Origin: Hormiphora californensis
Lineage: Eukaryota > Animalia > Ctenophora
Reading direction: 5' to 3'
Assembly (NCBI GenBank): GCA_020137815.1
Contig: CM035351.1
Location: 9,300,001 to 9,364,000, forward strand
DNA: 64,000 nucleotides
Shown here: in pieces, positions 11,001 through 22,837 of the stretch
How the letters are laid out: each line of letters starts with the position of its first letter
Numbering within the stretch: the stretch's first letter is position 1
The notes under the pieces: generated by a model
Told to the model about the DNA's origin: nothing
The model's input: only the letters and a program-made list of their open reading frames with translations
The model's database searches: none
Translations under genes and position numbers: made by a program

Positions 11001-13950
11001 AGGCCTGTCTCATGGCCTATAAGATTGTACATGGAAGTGCTCCAGATTACCTCATCGAGCAAATACCTACAAATATCGTTGATGTTACTTGCCGTACCAG
11101 ATCGACTGCTGTTCCAGACCCTTATAAGCTCCAGTACCCGAAGCTGTCGAGCATTAATGCCAATTCTAAACTGAGGAAAAGGAGACCATCTGTTCTCCTG
11201 CCAGATCTGTGGAATGCACTCCCCCTTGAGTTGCGATCTCGGCCTACTGCGGAATCTTTCAAAACGGGTTTAAAGACAAGATTGTTTGTGGATGCCTTTG
11301 GATCAGGCTAGTTCCGGTTGTTTTCTCCTTTATTCCAGCCTACTTTTTTTTCTCGGTACCTGTACTCCTCCCATCACGCTGTACTGTCTAGCGTAAGTAT
11401 TGTACTTAGGTCTGTATCTTACCTCGTGACAAGTTTTTAACTTAGCTTTATTCTTTGAGTTTGCAGCATGAGTGAGGCACGAGTGTGTAATATTTTTCCG
11501 TTTTTCAGTTTTCCCAGTTGTTTCAGAATCTGTTCTCTGAACATTTCATCTGTGTCTATATATATGGAGTGATCAAGTGACAGTGGTGACAATTAACCTG
11601 TGGCCTTTTTCGAGTTTTTTTCTAATTTTGTCTGTTATGAGCCTAATCTGTTTTCCCACATATGTGAGCCGGATAATTTGGATTTTCCACCGTTTTTTTA
11701 GTAGTCTATTAAATTGGGTCAAGTGTTAGTTAACTGCTCTGAGTTTCTTTCAGTGGCAGCATCTGTAAAGCTCTGCTGTCCCTGTAGAATATGGGCAGGA
11801 TATAAGTTTGAGTATTATTATTATTATTATTAGTTTCATAGTTGATTAATTTAGTTTACATTTTGTCATCCGGAGTAAGAGTTCTATTGTCTTCTTGTAG
11901 AGGAGGGTGAATGTGGGATATGAGAGATACCCATGTTCCCCGTCCCTCCAAGTTCACTTCCCCCTCCCCTCAGTTTAGTTATAGATATGACCTGGTGCTT
12001 ATTGACATGTGAATGCTTTGGACGTGTGAACGTGTTGAGAGAGTCCGGTTAGACATGTGGAATGCATCGATAGACAGAGAGAGCTAGTGAGATCGGCAGA
12101 GTTGCTAGTAGAGTCTAGATTAGTTTTAGGGAAAGTTATATTCAGATCTATGAGTCTGAATAGGCCGCCAGCTTGACTTGAAAGGTGTGAACAGTTCTAG
12201 TCGGGAAGCGTGTCGCAAACTTTGGTAGGATCCCTGTTGTTTCTGGTACAGAAGTCACGTGACTGTTTTGTTGACGGGATATTTAAGCAGAAGTGAAGAG
12301 AGATATCGGGGGGCTTCTGCCTTCCCCCAGCACTGAACATCGTGTGTGAGTCTCGTCCGTGTGATCGACCGTTGCTGAGTTTGGATATGATCGTGTTTAT
12401 GAGTCTATGATGAATGAATGTGTGAATGATGAACTTTGTGTGTGAGATCTTCCGAAACAGTTACGAACTTGGTGAACCACTGTGTTTTGAGATTCCCTGG
12501 GTGACGAACCCGCAGTCTGAACAAGCCTAACAACCACCCACCCACATCTGAACATCTAACATCCCCACCCCGTGTGCGTTCAAGGGTGGGGAAACTACAT
12601 AATACCAACATGTCTCATACCTCAACAAAATAGGTGTATTTGTAGTTGAATACGTTGCTCTGAATATCATGAGAGACAAGTTCCTGGGAAGTCTTGTACT
12701 GGCAAGGAATCACTGACAACAAGAAATCTACCATCTTACGGGCACTGGGGTGAACGGAGTTAGAGGAGAAATCTACCATCTTACGGGCACTGGGGTGAAC
12801 GGAGTTAGAGGAGAAAGAGAGAGCAGATAAAATACGTGATCTTGAAGTAAGTCACATTTAGGTTAACATTTAGGTTTAACTTTTTGCCTCGCTATTATCT
12901 GGTGTACTGGTAGGTCTATTAGAAATACTTGTTCTTGGCAGTGTAGTAAAAGTTGATTCCTCCCTCAGTTTCCTTGATGGTCATTGCATCCCTGTGCATC
13001 TCATGCTTCAAGATCAATTGCTCCAGGTAAAACAGGGTCTTCTTGTGTACCGTCTAGAAGAATAGTATTGGGATTAATGGGGATTTCAGAGAAAGAGGAT
13101 GTTTCAGATAAACTGTTTTCTCAGAAACAATAGCGTTCCTCATTTATCTAGTCTGATTGTCCAGTGTTACTTACCCTCTGTCTGATTTGAACAGAGGGCC
13201 TTCCACGCCTCTCCATCGGATCCCTTCTGTCTGCAGCACACCTCACACATCTGGTAGTGGACAGTGTACTCGACTACAAAGCTCTGCTGCAGAATGGCTC
13301 CCATCGCCTCCCCCTGGATTGTAATGTTCACCTTGACCCGCTTGGAGTGGGGCTCTGTCCAGATGAAGGAGGCATCTACCAGACGAACCTGTAGAATAGT
13401 GGGAGTGGAATAGGGCGCTGTAGTTATCTAGACGAAGCTGGCAATGGAGACATTCACTAAAAGCTACATTACAGTTGTGTGAATGAATATCATTTGTTTG
13501 TACTATTTCAACCTAGTATACCATAGTACCTTGTTGAGCCCCTTGAGTTTCTTCAGACAAAGTGCCAGTAGTTCCCTGCTTTCAAGAGTACATGGTATCC
13601 AGGTGTTGGGTGGCTGAAGGTACCTCTCACAGAACCGACAGAAATGCAGGATCGCCTGAGAGAAACAGAACCAGATTAGAAGTGAGAATGGTTAATCCTA
13701 CCAGATCTACTTCTATAATGTAGAGTAATTAAATTCAAGATGTGTGTGTCTTTTGTAACACTATAGTTCCATAATGATATCATGTTAACAAGTGTTATGG
13801 TACCTGTTTAGGGATCCCCTCTGACACGTCAACCCTGGTCCTAATACACGCAACACACATGTTAGCAGGGTTGGGTGCCACTAAGGTACCACACTCACAA
13901 CACAGAATCTTCTGTTCTGCCACCTCCGTACGAGGCTCCAGGAACTCCAT
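5060..13950 (-). CDS. NMD3: 60S ribosomal export protein NMD3, about 10 exons (13950-13804, 13655-13530, 13389-13175, 13053-12929, 12744-12621, 7205-7106, 6997-6779, 5692-5565, 5472-5349, 5268-5060)
   Basis: Spliced translation ILCCECGTLVAPNPANMCVACIR, LVDASFIWTEPHSKRVKV, HKKTLFYLEQLILKH, ITPICKD, RSHLG, DFLEDLEEDPDLRKNVNMYK; GT-AG introns. Confidence 0.93.
5841..6807. repeat. 34-bp minisatellite, about 28 copies; unit = end of NMD3 exon 7 plus 5' splice site
   Basis: Unit CACTTACCCAGACAGTTGAGAGGTAACACCCACA; minus strand reads ...CAACTGYCTGG|GTAAGT. Confidence 0.95.
10491..10745. repeat. (GAGT)n microsatellite inside the LTR element
   Basis: Direct reading. Confidence 0.97.
10962..11831 (+). 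mobile_element. 5'-truncated CR1/L2-type LINE fragment (ORF2 C-terminus, 3' UTR, TAT tail)
   Basis: HILPVEQRVIFKACLMAYKIVHGSAPDYL...LWNALPLELRS...SFKTGLKTRLF* is typical of a CR1/L2 ORF2 end; terminates in (TAT)n at about 11813-11831. Confidence 0.8.
12723..12815. repeat. 45-bp tandem duplication of an NMD3 3' splice site plus exon start
   Basis: GAAATCTACCATCTTACGGGCACTGGGGTGAACGGAGTTAGAGGA twice. Confidence 0.9.
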
Positions 13951-14352
13951 TGTGCTCGCTAATTAGGGAGAGTGAGTTGAGATGGTCATTATGAGGGGGG
14001 GGGGGGGAATAAAGTGGGAAGGGGGTATTTCGGGGTTGTTCTGTTAGCATTGACTTGCTAACAACTAGCCTGCATGTTCAAAATAGCATTGGTTGAAAAT
14101 TCTGCATATGAGCGTGATTTAGCACCAAGGTGCGAAATCGCCGTTCACGTACAAATACCGAGACATATCTTTGGTGTGTTGTTATTCATCGTCTTGTTAT
14201 GATCACTTGTACTCGTGACTACTGAGCTAATAGACTAATGTTCAAAGTATCAATGAAGCTATGTTTGTTTGCTAGATGAACTCCTATTCTATACAGGACA
14301 AACTGCGTTTCTGAAGTCACCTATCAAAATACTTCCTGTTTTTGCAGCTGGT

Positions 14353-17105
14353 ATGAATCTAAAAGGATGGCGTGCCCTTATTGGACCCTTTGTGTTTCAG
14401 TTTGGTATATGCTCTGCTTCATTTCTAATGTCATCATTCTATGCAATACACCTAACCGATGAAGAAGGTACTGATTCTATCTATACTAACAATTATGACC
14501 TCTCCCATATAATACAGGCTCATGTGTATAACTGTATATACCAAAACTAATTGAAATTAGTAGGCCGGAAAGGTTGCCCTATGATTTGAGCTACCTTTGG
14601 CACCAGTACATTCCCTTTTGAAGATAGAAGAAGCATCGGTTATACCCTGACTGTACCCCGTGAATGGGCCGTGAATGTTACGGTGGCAAAGGTAGCTCAA
14701 ATCATAGGGCAACCTTTCCGGCCTACTAATTTCAATTAGTTTTGGTATAATATGCATCATTTTTGGGATTTTTTATCCATTTAGATGTAGTAGAACAGGT
14801 AAGGAGAGGATGGAATCGCGAATTTGCAAAATTTTCATTTTTGACGTCATTTTGACGTCATAAAATGACGTCACGTCGTTATGACGTCATAATGATGACG
14901 TCATATCATCGGGATTACCTAGATGAAGATACTGACCAAGTTTGAGATCGATTGGATGAGATTTGAGTCTGCTATGGCGAAAAAACCCATATCGTCATAT
15001 CTATTTTTAAACAGTCATAACACTTTAGACGCGTTTTAAGACCCTTATACGTCTAGTTTTGAAAATTCGCGATATAGCTTCTGAAAGTTCAGACAATTTT
15101 CTTTCCATGATATAGCCTTCGATTTTCGATTAGAATCCGTCTTCAGGGTGTAAAATGAGCTCAAAGAATTTTAGTCAGAGTCTGAAAAATGACGACTTTA
15201 AGACGTTCTGTAGGACGTTCCTGGCGATGAAAAGGGACCTCACATCGACTAATGCACACACATCCAGTAGATCTACCAGCTGTGAAAACGAGAAGTTTCT
15301 ATCTCTTTTCGTTTGGCGTGAATATGGTTTATAAAAAGCGTCTCTCCTAGGCGCGCGCGCGCGCATATGTGTTACACTGAATCTAGGGCAAATGGGACCT
15401 GTCTGTAACTTCAGTTCCAGATGAGATAGAGACTTGAAATTTTGAACTTAAGTTAATGACCCCGAGCCGGGTAAACATTCCAAATTTCAAGTCAAACGGA
15501 TGAATGGGAGCCATGCTATAGCCTTCTGAAATCTGGGTTTTCAGTCAAAACACCCATAAAACGTATAACTGCGTTTCTGGCGGCGCTTTGCTGTTTGGGG
15601 GAGGAGGAATGGCAACCTTTGCGCTTGCCAGCGCAGTGATACTATATATTAGGATTTAGGCTGTCCAGTATTGATTCTCAGTGCTCCAAGACCCTGGGAA
15701 GACCCCTATACTTTGCTCCGTCATTTCCGCTACTGACACAGTAAACCCCTACACTGCCTACAGGTATACCACGAGTGATGATAGGCCTATTTGGCTTGAT
15801 GCCAGGTCTTGGTTTTCTGTGCAATATCCCAGTTGACATTGTCAATACTGTTCTAACCAGGAAACTACTTACCCCAAAACAACTCATCGTGATAACCGGA
15901 TTTGCAGACTGCTTTCTCACTGCGTGTGAGTATTATAGATGCTTCCTAATGACCCATATACGAAGTTGTTGAACTGTTCGGAGACAGTACGAACAGTTCA
16001 AATGTTTTTCATTGAAAGTAGACTCTAATTCTTGTACCCCGCAGTGATGGGGACCTCGCACTATTTGTTTCCCCTCCTTGGAAAGTTCCAAACCATGGGC
16101 TTCCTAATGATATTGAAGTGGCTACACGGGTGGCTCGCCTTCTTAGTCTGTAACTCTGGATATTTCTGTTATGAGGTCTGGATTCCCGACATGATAAAAG
16201 CGGCCTCTGCCTTTGGAAACTCTGGGTCCTGGGCCGGTGCTGCATTGGGAGCTCTGGTTGGAGGCCAGCTCTTCGCTAAGTTCGGCTGGTCCTATACGTT
16301 CTTCTGCTGGGGCGGAATACAACTTGTAGTGTGTATAATAGCGTGTATCATTTCACCTAATGATGCAGAACCAGTCTGGAGATCAGAAGACGCTCAGGGA
16401 TTTGTTGCCGCTACTACCAATAACAATGAACCCGATAAAGATAGCCTGACTCCCCTGTCCATGCTAGTCTACTTGGCAATGGGCCTCATGGAGCTGGTAT
16501 CAGGTTGTATATCAGCCATCCTATCTACCTACCTACTGCACCAGTTCGGTATTGGTATTGCCCAGTCCTCTAACTACATTTGTATCTTCCTGATCGCCAT
16601 TATGGTGGGATCTCAACTAGCCGGGATCATTCTACAGAGCGGGCTGTTGAGGAGCGCAGAGGTGCTGGCATTTGGAGGATTCCTGGTGGGAGTCTCAATA
16701 TTCCTGTTCTTCCCTCAACCCTCTGACGGGTTTATGTACACCAACATCCCCTCTACTGGTTACCTGGCAACCGTTATCCTGGGGATGGGAGTATCCATGG
16801 CAACCATGACGTCACTGTTCGTGGTGGAGGATCTCCAAGTGAGGTTGTGTCACAGGACCTACAACTCTGCAAACAAATCCCTGAATGTCACTCTCTGGCT
16901 CAACTCTATGATGGCATCCTGTTACTGTGGTAACCTGGTCGCTCTACTCTTCCTCCAGTACCTCTCATTTGAGCAGTGCGGAGTGGTTCTGGGGTCCTTC
17001 GCTAGTGTAACCATAACAACTGGGGTGGCTATTGAGGCCGTGTTGAGGTGGAAGGGGGCCTACACTAACAATTACACGCCAATAAAAGATACCATCAGTA
17101 GTTGA
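14353..17105 (+). CDS. Major facilitator superfamily transporter (SLC18B1-like), about 3 exons (14353-14467, about 15764-15925, about 16020-17105)
   Basis: Many hydrophobic helices; GAALGALVGGQLFAKFGWSYTF; exon 1 MNLKGWRALIGPF...TDEEG splices to IPRVMIGLFG. Confidence 0.65.
14537..15643. mobile_element. Helentron/DINE-1-like non-autonomous element in MFS intron 1
   Basis: 5' 63-bp inverted repeat (14537-14599 / 14687-14749) containing AAAGGTTGCC; matching GGCAACCTTT at 15611 followed by hairpin TGCGCT-TGCC-AGCGCA. Confidence 0.55.
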
Positions 17106-17240
17106 CGAGTATCAGTGGGAGAGGGATGTTGAGTTTTTTATTAAAACGATATTTTATAAATATTGATCAATTTTGAATACAAAACGATAAAAAATCACAC
17201 ATTTAAATAAACACAGACCAACACTCATCACTTCATCACT

Positions 17241-20200
17241 TCAAGAGGGCATTATGTTAAATTTCAGAACACCCAGCGCCTGATCAAACTTCAACTTCTT
17301 CACAGCTTCAAACATACTCCCTCCATCCGCCACTCCAATATCCTCTGCATAAAAGTCCAGTGCCTCCGCCAGGTTCATTCCGCTCATCCAGCAGGGTGTT
17401 CTGAACACCATTCCAGAGATATCAAACCCAGGGTCGTGTAGAATCCACTCAACCACCATCATACCCAGTATAGCACCTGCATCCCCCGTTACCGGCACCT
17501 CAACTGTAGTAATAACGGGGTTACTCAGCACCTCAATCAGTTTGACACGCCACAATGCATGCCATTCCACAAACAGATCACCGGTTGAGATGTGTTCCAA
17601 GTTGTTTACCCTACACCAGTCTGCCCTGGTCATGATACTAGAATGGCTCAACTGCATCGCCAGTTCAACATCTCTTAGTGAGGTCGAGCAGGGTGGTGTC
17701 TCGTCAGTAGGACACACTCTCCGGGGAAGGGATGTCAGGACATCACTCCAGTTTGCCTTGGTGTAACGGACCCTGTACCACTGCCAGGAGTCCACATCCA
17801 GGGGCCGTCTAGCCGGTACACCTAGTTCCTCGGCCAGGAACTTCTCAGCATCTTCAGCAGAGGCAGCGTGAGTGTTGGCGATGAGGAGTGCGGTGACAAA
17901 GTTGGGTTCAAACTGTGGCAGTGGGGCGTCCTCAGCCGATACAGCTAGCTCCAGGAAGGTGCCAGGGGGGAGGTCAGGGTTGGAGAAGGAGTTGTGAACA
18001 GTAGCTATAGACTTGAGAATGTAAAGAGTGGGGGTATTGAAGTTAAGAAGGACTGTTGAGACTGGCGACTCCATGGTTAATGTAACTTCAGGTATTGTTT
18101 CATCCACAATACCAGCAGCCAGACACTGACCCAGCAGCCTGTTCCATATCCCCACCTGTTCTGTGTCCCAATACTTCCCAACAGTCAGGCCCTCCAACTC
18201 ACACTCCCCTGCCAGAGTGTAGTTCAGCTTCTTAACGAGGCTAAACAAGGCCCCACACAGCCCCTGAGAATCCCATAACAAGTTGAGAAGGTGCCGGTAC
18301 TCCATAACATTACGGGTCACTGGAGCGACGTGTATGTACCGCCTTGTCCGGGCCTCTAGGGAGTCCCAAGGCTGGAGAAAGGAAGCTGTTTCCAGGGCTG
18401 TCTTTCCATTTGGAGGTTTTGAAAGCCCCATGACATATCTTGATAGTGTATCGGTGGAGGAGTAGGATAGTTTCCTGCCCCGATCAATTATCTCCTCAGC
18501 AGGAGGGAGCTCTGAGACAACCGCCCTGAATGTCTCCTCCCAGCGACTCCGCTCCTCATAGGTATCAAACAGTGCCGGCTGGGTTCCATCTGTAGTAGCC
18601 TGGACAATGTGGGAGATGACAGACACCAACCAGATCTGGGTATCTTCAGCACTCCTACCCAGTTCACATGCCATGAAATCGAAATCATAGAACAGCCACT
18701 CTCGGAGGAAATCATCTGGTTCCTGATCCTTGTCAAGAGGGAACAGGGAGGAGCAGTTGTAGACGTGGGGTGAGAGGAAGAAACAGGCATTAACCATCCA
18801 TCGTGCTAGTGCCAGGTTTAGTCCGAATAAACACCGCTCTACATTGGATGCTGGCCAGGCTAAGTTATACCCCTGGAAATAATGGGAGGGTGCGAGGTAA
18901 ATTTTAGTTAAACTGTACCCGAAATATTATGAAAACTGGACTTGTCACCCAGGAAAATATAACTACTTATTACGAAATTATTGAACTCAGTTAAATACCT
19001 TTTCTTTAAAACTGTACTCATTCAAGTACATGTTGCCCTTTATCAGACCTCCCTTGCTGGTACCCCCTATCTCACTTCCACAGAAACACTTGGCTATCTG
19101 GTTGGGTTCCCCACATGCCCCAATGGCGTAGATGTGGTTCCTAGTGCACCGATACCAGGTATAGGGCTGGTTCTCTTTAGCTATCCACCTGGCAATTAAT
19201 CAATGTTACAACTCTGAGAGATAAATAACAATGGATAACAATTCATTTTGTGACCTCTCAGTTACAACTCTGGAAAATTTACATTTTGTGACGAAGTAAT
19301 ATAAGATCTGCTAACTATGCTACTACCTCTCAGTTAGAGTGTGTCGAAACTTTCCAAACATGTCCTCCCTCATGACAGGTAGTTGTTTCTTCTCCGTCCG
19401 TAAAGGGTAACACCTCATGTAGTCTAGTGTGGTAACCAGGTCATTCCTATCAGGAACCTGGTCCAGGCACCAGTTCAAGAAGAAGAGAGGGAGGGCTGAT
19501 GACTCGGTTTTGTGGAGCCTATCAAACAGATATTTAGCATCGTTAGGTTGTTGCTCCTCTTTTCTCTGTGCTCGTGTGAGGTTTATTCTTTCCGTACACC
19601 AGTCTGTTTATTTTCTCTTTCTCAACTTCAATTTCACGATGACGATTCGTTCCAATCAGTTCTGTCTCACCTTTACGTAATAAATCCACTCTTCCAAAAC
19701 TGAAAATACAACCAATTAAATTATTTCATTTAGCAACACAAAGTTACAGAGATAAATATAAACACTAGGAATGTTAGTACATGATCATCTCACCTCAGTG
19801 ATGGAATAACAGCATTGTAAAGGCAAAACTCAGTATCCAGTGTTATGTCATAGTTTGCCAGGGCGGCGATACCAGACTTCTCAGTAACACGTTTCAACAA
19901 CAGAATCTTCTGGTGGAGGTTAGCTGAGGCCAAATTGAGCAATTCAGGATCTTCATAAACCTGTCGTCTCCACAACAAACTAAACATGGGCTCAACAGCA
20001 GTTTCCATAGCTTCAATTAGAGAACCCTTGTTGCCGGCAGTTTTAATAATTGATTCAGTTGGCATGAGATCATATGTCCCCATCAGATACTCCGGGTCTA
20101 GGATTGGAATGGGTGGGAGTTCTGGGTTCTGTTGAATTCCAATAGCAAGTTGAACGAGAAAGGGTAGTCTGTTCTTTCTAAAACAATACCAAAACTCCCC

Positions 20201-20755
20201 CTTGAAGTTCTGCACCAGCGGAGATAGGGTCAACTCAGAGAGGTATGTGGCTTCAGAGCAATCGCTACTTTCAGAGCCTGTTCCTCTGTTGGAGAATGCT
20301 CTAAAATCCTTGATGAGGCACTCAACCAGATATGGATCAGCCAGATCGAGATCTCTGAACACACTCCAGGTATCCTTGATTGGTAAATTGGAGATGTAAC
20401 ATTCGTGTACTGCCTGTCGAACATAATGAAAGATGTTGTACGAAAAAGGGAATTGTGCCTTGTATCTCCTCTCTAGTATAGATGTTGGGAGGGTTACAGC
20501 TTTCTCAAAGTTTGAAAACAGCTCCTGTAATATCCTCCACGTGCGAGGATACTTCTCTATCAGCTCCAAGTTTTTAAACATATCCAATGATTGTATCTCA
20601 TTCCAAGTCAGTGGCTTCTCAAACTTGGAAAAGAATAACTTTCGTTGAAGGGCTGTATCAGTGTTGTTAGAGCAAGCATGGTGGAACTCGCCGAAACTTA
20701 TTTCTCCCCGCTTCAGCTTCTGTAGGTATAATCTTTTCGTCTTTCGACATGCCAT
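17241..20755 (-). CDS. RNF213 (mysterin) C-terminal-like protein with RZ-type zinc finger; exons about 20755-19794, 19700-19327, 19188-18999, 18872-17241
   Basis: LPVMREDM...RW...WYRCTRNHIYAIGACGEPNQIAKCFCGSEIGG (RZ finger), then FLREWLFYDFDFMACELGRSAEDT...YEERSRWEETF, resembling the recalled RNF213 post-RZ region. Confidence 0.75.
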
Positions 20756-20959
20756 GTTATCAGCTAGAAATGATAAGATATTTAGACTTCATTCTCTACT
20801 GACTACGGGCTATATCTTCCAAGTCATTGTTCACCTTTGGACCACTAGTGACAACAATAATGTTTCAACGAAACATGTATTTTGGCTAACAAAATTGGTG
20901 GTTAGAGTGACAGGCCTTTAAACAACCATATTGATATCGTAACAGTGCACCAGATACTT

Positions 20960-21085
20960 ATGGAGGCGAGACACTGTGTTGAGACGCGCACCATTGCGAC
21001 GCGCATGTGCGCGTCGCAATGCCAAAATGCGCGTCGCAATGCGCGTCGCAATGGTGCGCGTCTCAACACAGTGTCTCGCCTCCAT
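20960..21085. mobile_element. Short fold-back MITE-like palindrome
   Basis: ATGGAGGCGAGACACTGTGTTGAGACGCGCACCATTGCGACGCGCAT and its reverse complement. Confidence 0.7.
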
Positions 21086-21252
21086 GACCTATGCCCAACG
21101 GTTCAAAATGATCGAGATCAGAATTCAGAGCACAACCATTAAGGTTTTCTGCGATTTTGGCAATTTGTCCGAAAATGGAACAACCTGCTTCAAGCGATTA
21201 ATATTTAATGGCAATTTTTCCTTAAATATCATTTGATATGAGCAAACCCTCT

Positions 21253-21336
21253 AATTTCCAGGAATCTCAGGTCAAGTCGTTTGAAACGCACTTTAAAGTG
21301 CGTTTCAAACGACTTGACCTGAGATTCCTGGAAATT
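21253..21336. repeat. 84-bp perfect palindrome without spacer
   Basis: AATTTCCAGG...GCACTTT|AAAGTGC...CCTGGAAATT; a diverged half-copy follows at about 21374-21414. Confidence 0.9.
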
Positions 21337-21413
21337 CAGGATTTCCCCTTTGTAAATACACGCGCAATGCGCCAAATTCCAAGAATTACGGGTCAAGTCG
21401 CTTGAAACGGACT

Positions 21414-21559
21414 TTAGTGGAAGCTCTTACGGTATTCCCACGACCGTGGGAAAAGAGAGATAGATAGAAATACTAAGAGAGAGAAATGTCTCTCCCTTAG
21501 TATTTCTATCTATCTTTCTTTTCCCACGACCGTGGGAATACCGTAAGAGCTTCCACTAA
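21414..21559. mobile_element. Near-perfect hairpin MITE
   Basis: TTAGTGGAAGCTCTTACGGTATTCCCACG...CGTGGGAATACCGTAAGAGCTTCCACTAA. Confidence 0.75.
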
Positions 21560-22451
21560 CAGATTACAGATTAACGTTGGTATCGAAGACACCTCACACT
21601 CTGTTTAGAGGTATCAGAAGCGCTTGCCCTATTTTTATAACGCGCCCAAAACGTTATACTGAGCACTGAAAAGTTGTAGTCTACACTACATAGTTCTAGC
21701 TAAGGGGTTTGAGCCGCGCACAGGGCCACACCGAGACCAAATCTCGTTACTTTCCTGATTTCTTTGACACAAACAAGTATTGCAGAGCGGCCAATAGAGC
21801 TGGCGGTTTCAAACTTCGTCCGTATTCGGAGGGATAGATTAGCAGTTCAGTGTTTCAAACCAGGTTTAATTTGGCAAAGTAGAAGCTGAGTTACAACATG
21901 TTTTGTACAAATGGTTCAACTTCAAGACCTTTTTAATTTTGATGGCCAGACCTTTGAAGATAGAAACTTCAAACTTTGCCACGATCTTTGATATGATGTT
22001 AAGCATAACTGACCTACTTTTTCAAAATTTTTTTTCATCATTAACACCTAAAACTGATTTCAAAACCAAGGTTCCGGGGATAATTTTTCAAATATGAGTA
22101 CAGAATTATAATTTTCAGACAATTTGGTGGGGAATACCAAAATTTGGTGCATTTTCAGTGAGTGGTTGAGGAGCTATTAATTTTTGAAGTGAATCAAAGC
22201 GGGTTTGTTACCCCTAACTCAGGCCGCATCGCGGCCTTCGTTTGGTGCGCTTTGCGCGCCGGCAAGGGAGGGGTAACTTCGTTACCAAAGATTAACGCTG
22301 GCCGAAAAACGATCCGACACGCGCGCCGAGCTGATCGTAAAAAATCTCCGCGGAGATTTTTTTACGATCAGCTCGGCGCGCGGCGCGGCGTACGCGCAGG
22401 TTTGCAGCGATTAAAGCTATTTACGGTAAGTCGGAAGAACCTGTCCGTTCC

Positions 22452-22837
22452 TCTCATGAGCGCTCATGAGTGTATCATGAGTGTGTCATGAGTGTATCAT
22501 GAGTGTATCATGAGCGCTCATGAGCAAGGTCTCATGAGCACTCATGAGCGCTCATGATACACTCATGACACACTCATGATAAAGTCCATTTTTATTCAAC
22601 TGTTCACCCCTCAACTCGTGCGCGTGCGATATTTTAATTTACGCTGCGCGCGCTACACGTTAACATGTGATAAACGCGCAAAAAAATTCCGCGCACGACT
22701 TTGGGGGGTGAACAGTTGAAAAAAAATGGACATTACACTCATGAGCGCTCATGAGACGTTGAAACACCGAAAAACGTCTCATGAGCGCTCATGATACACT
22801 CATGATACACTCATGACACACTCATGATACACTCATG
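22452..22837. repeat. 11-bp CATGAG-type tandem/inverted repeat tract interrupted by a MITE
   Basis: ATGAGTGTATC / GATACACTCAT units in both orientations. Confidence 0.75.
22580..22735. mobile_element. ~155-bp MITE, copy 1
   Basis: TIR AAAGTCCATTTTTATTCAACTGTTCACCC / GGGTGAACAGTTGAAAAAAAATGGAC; near-identical copy at 23490-23643 and diverged copy near 44437-44548. Confidence 0.8.

Larger units (their letters stand above)
7319..12582 (+). mobile_element. Non-autonomous LTR retrotransposon in an NMD3 intron; LTRs 7319-7989 and 11912-12582
   Basis: Two 671-bp TG...CA direct repeats with no difference seen by eye, 4-bp TSD AGGG, PBS-like TGGAACCCCCGGCGGGA after the 5' LTR, purine tract AGAGGAGGGTGAA before the 3' LTR, no gag/pol ORF. 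Confidence 0.92.
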
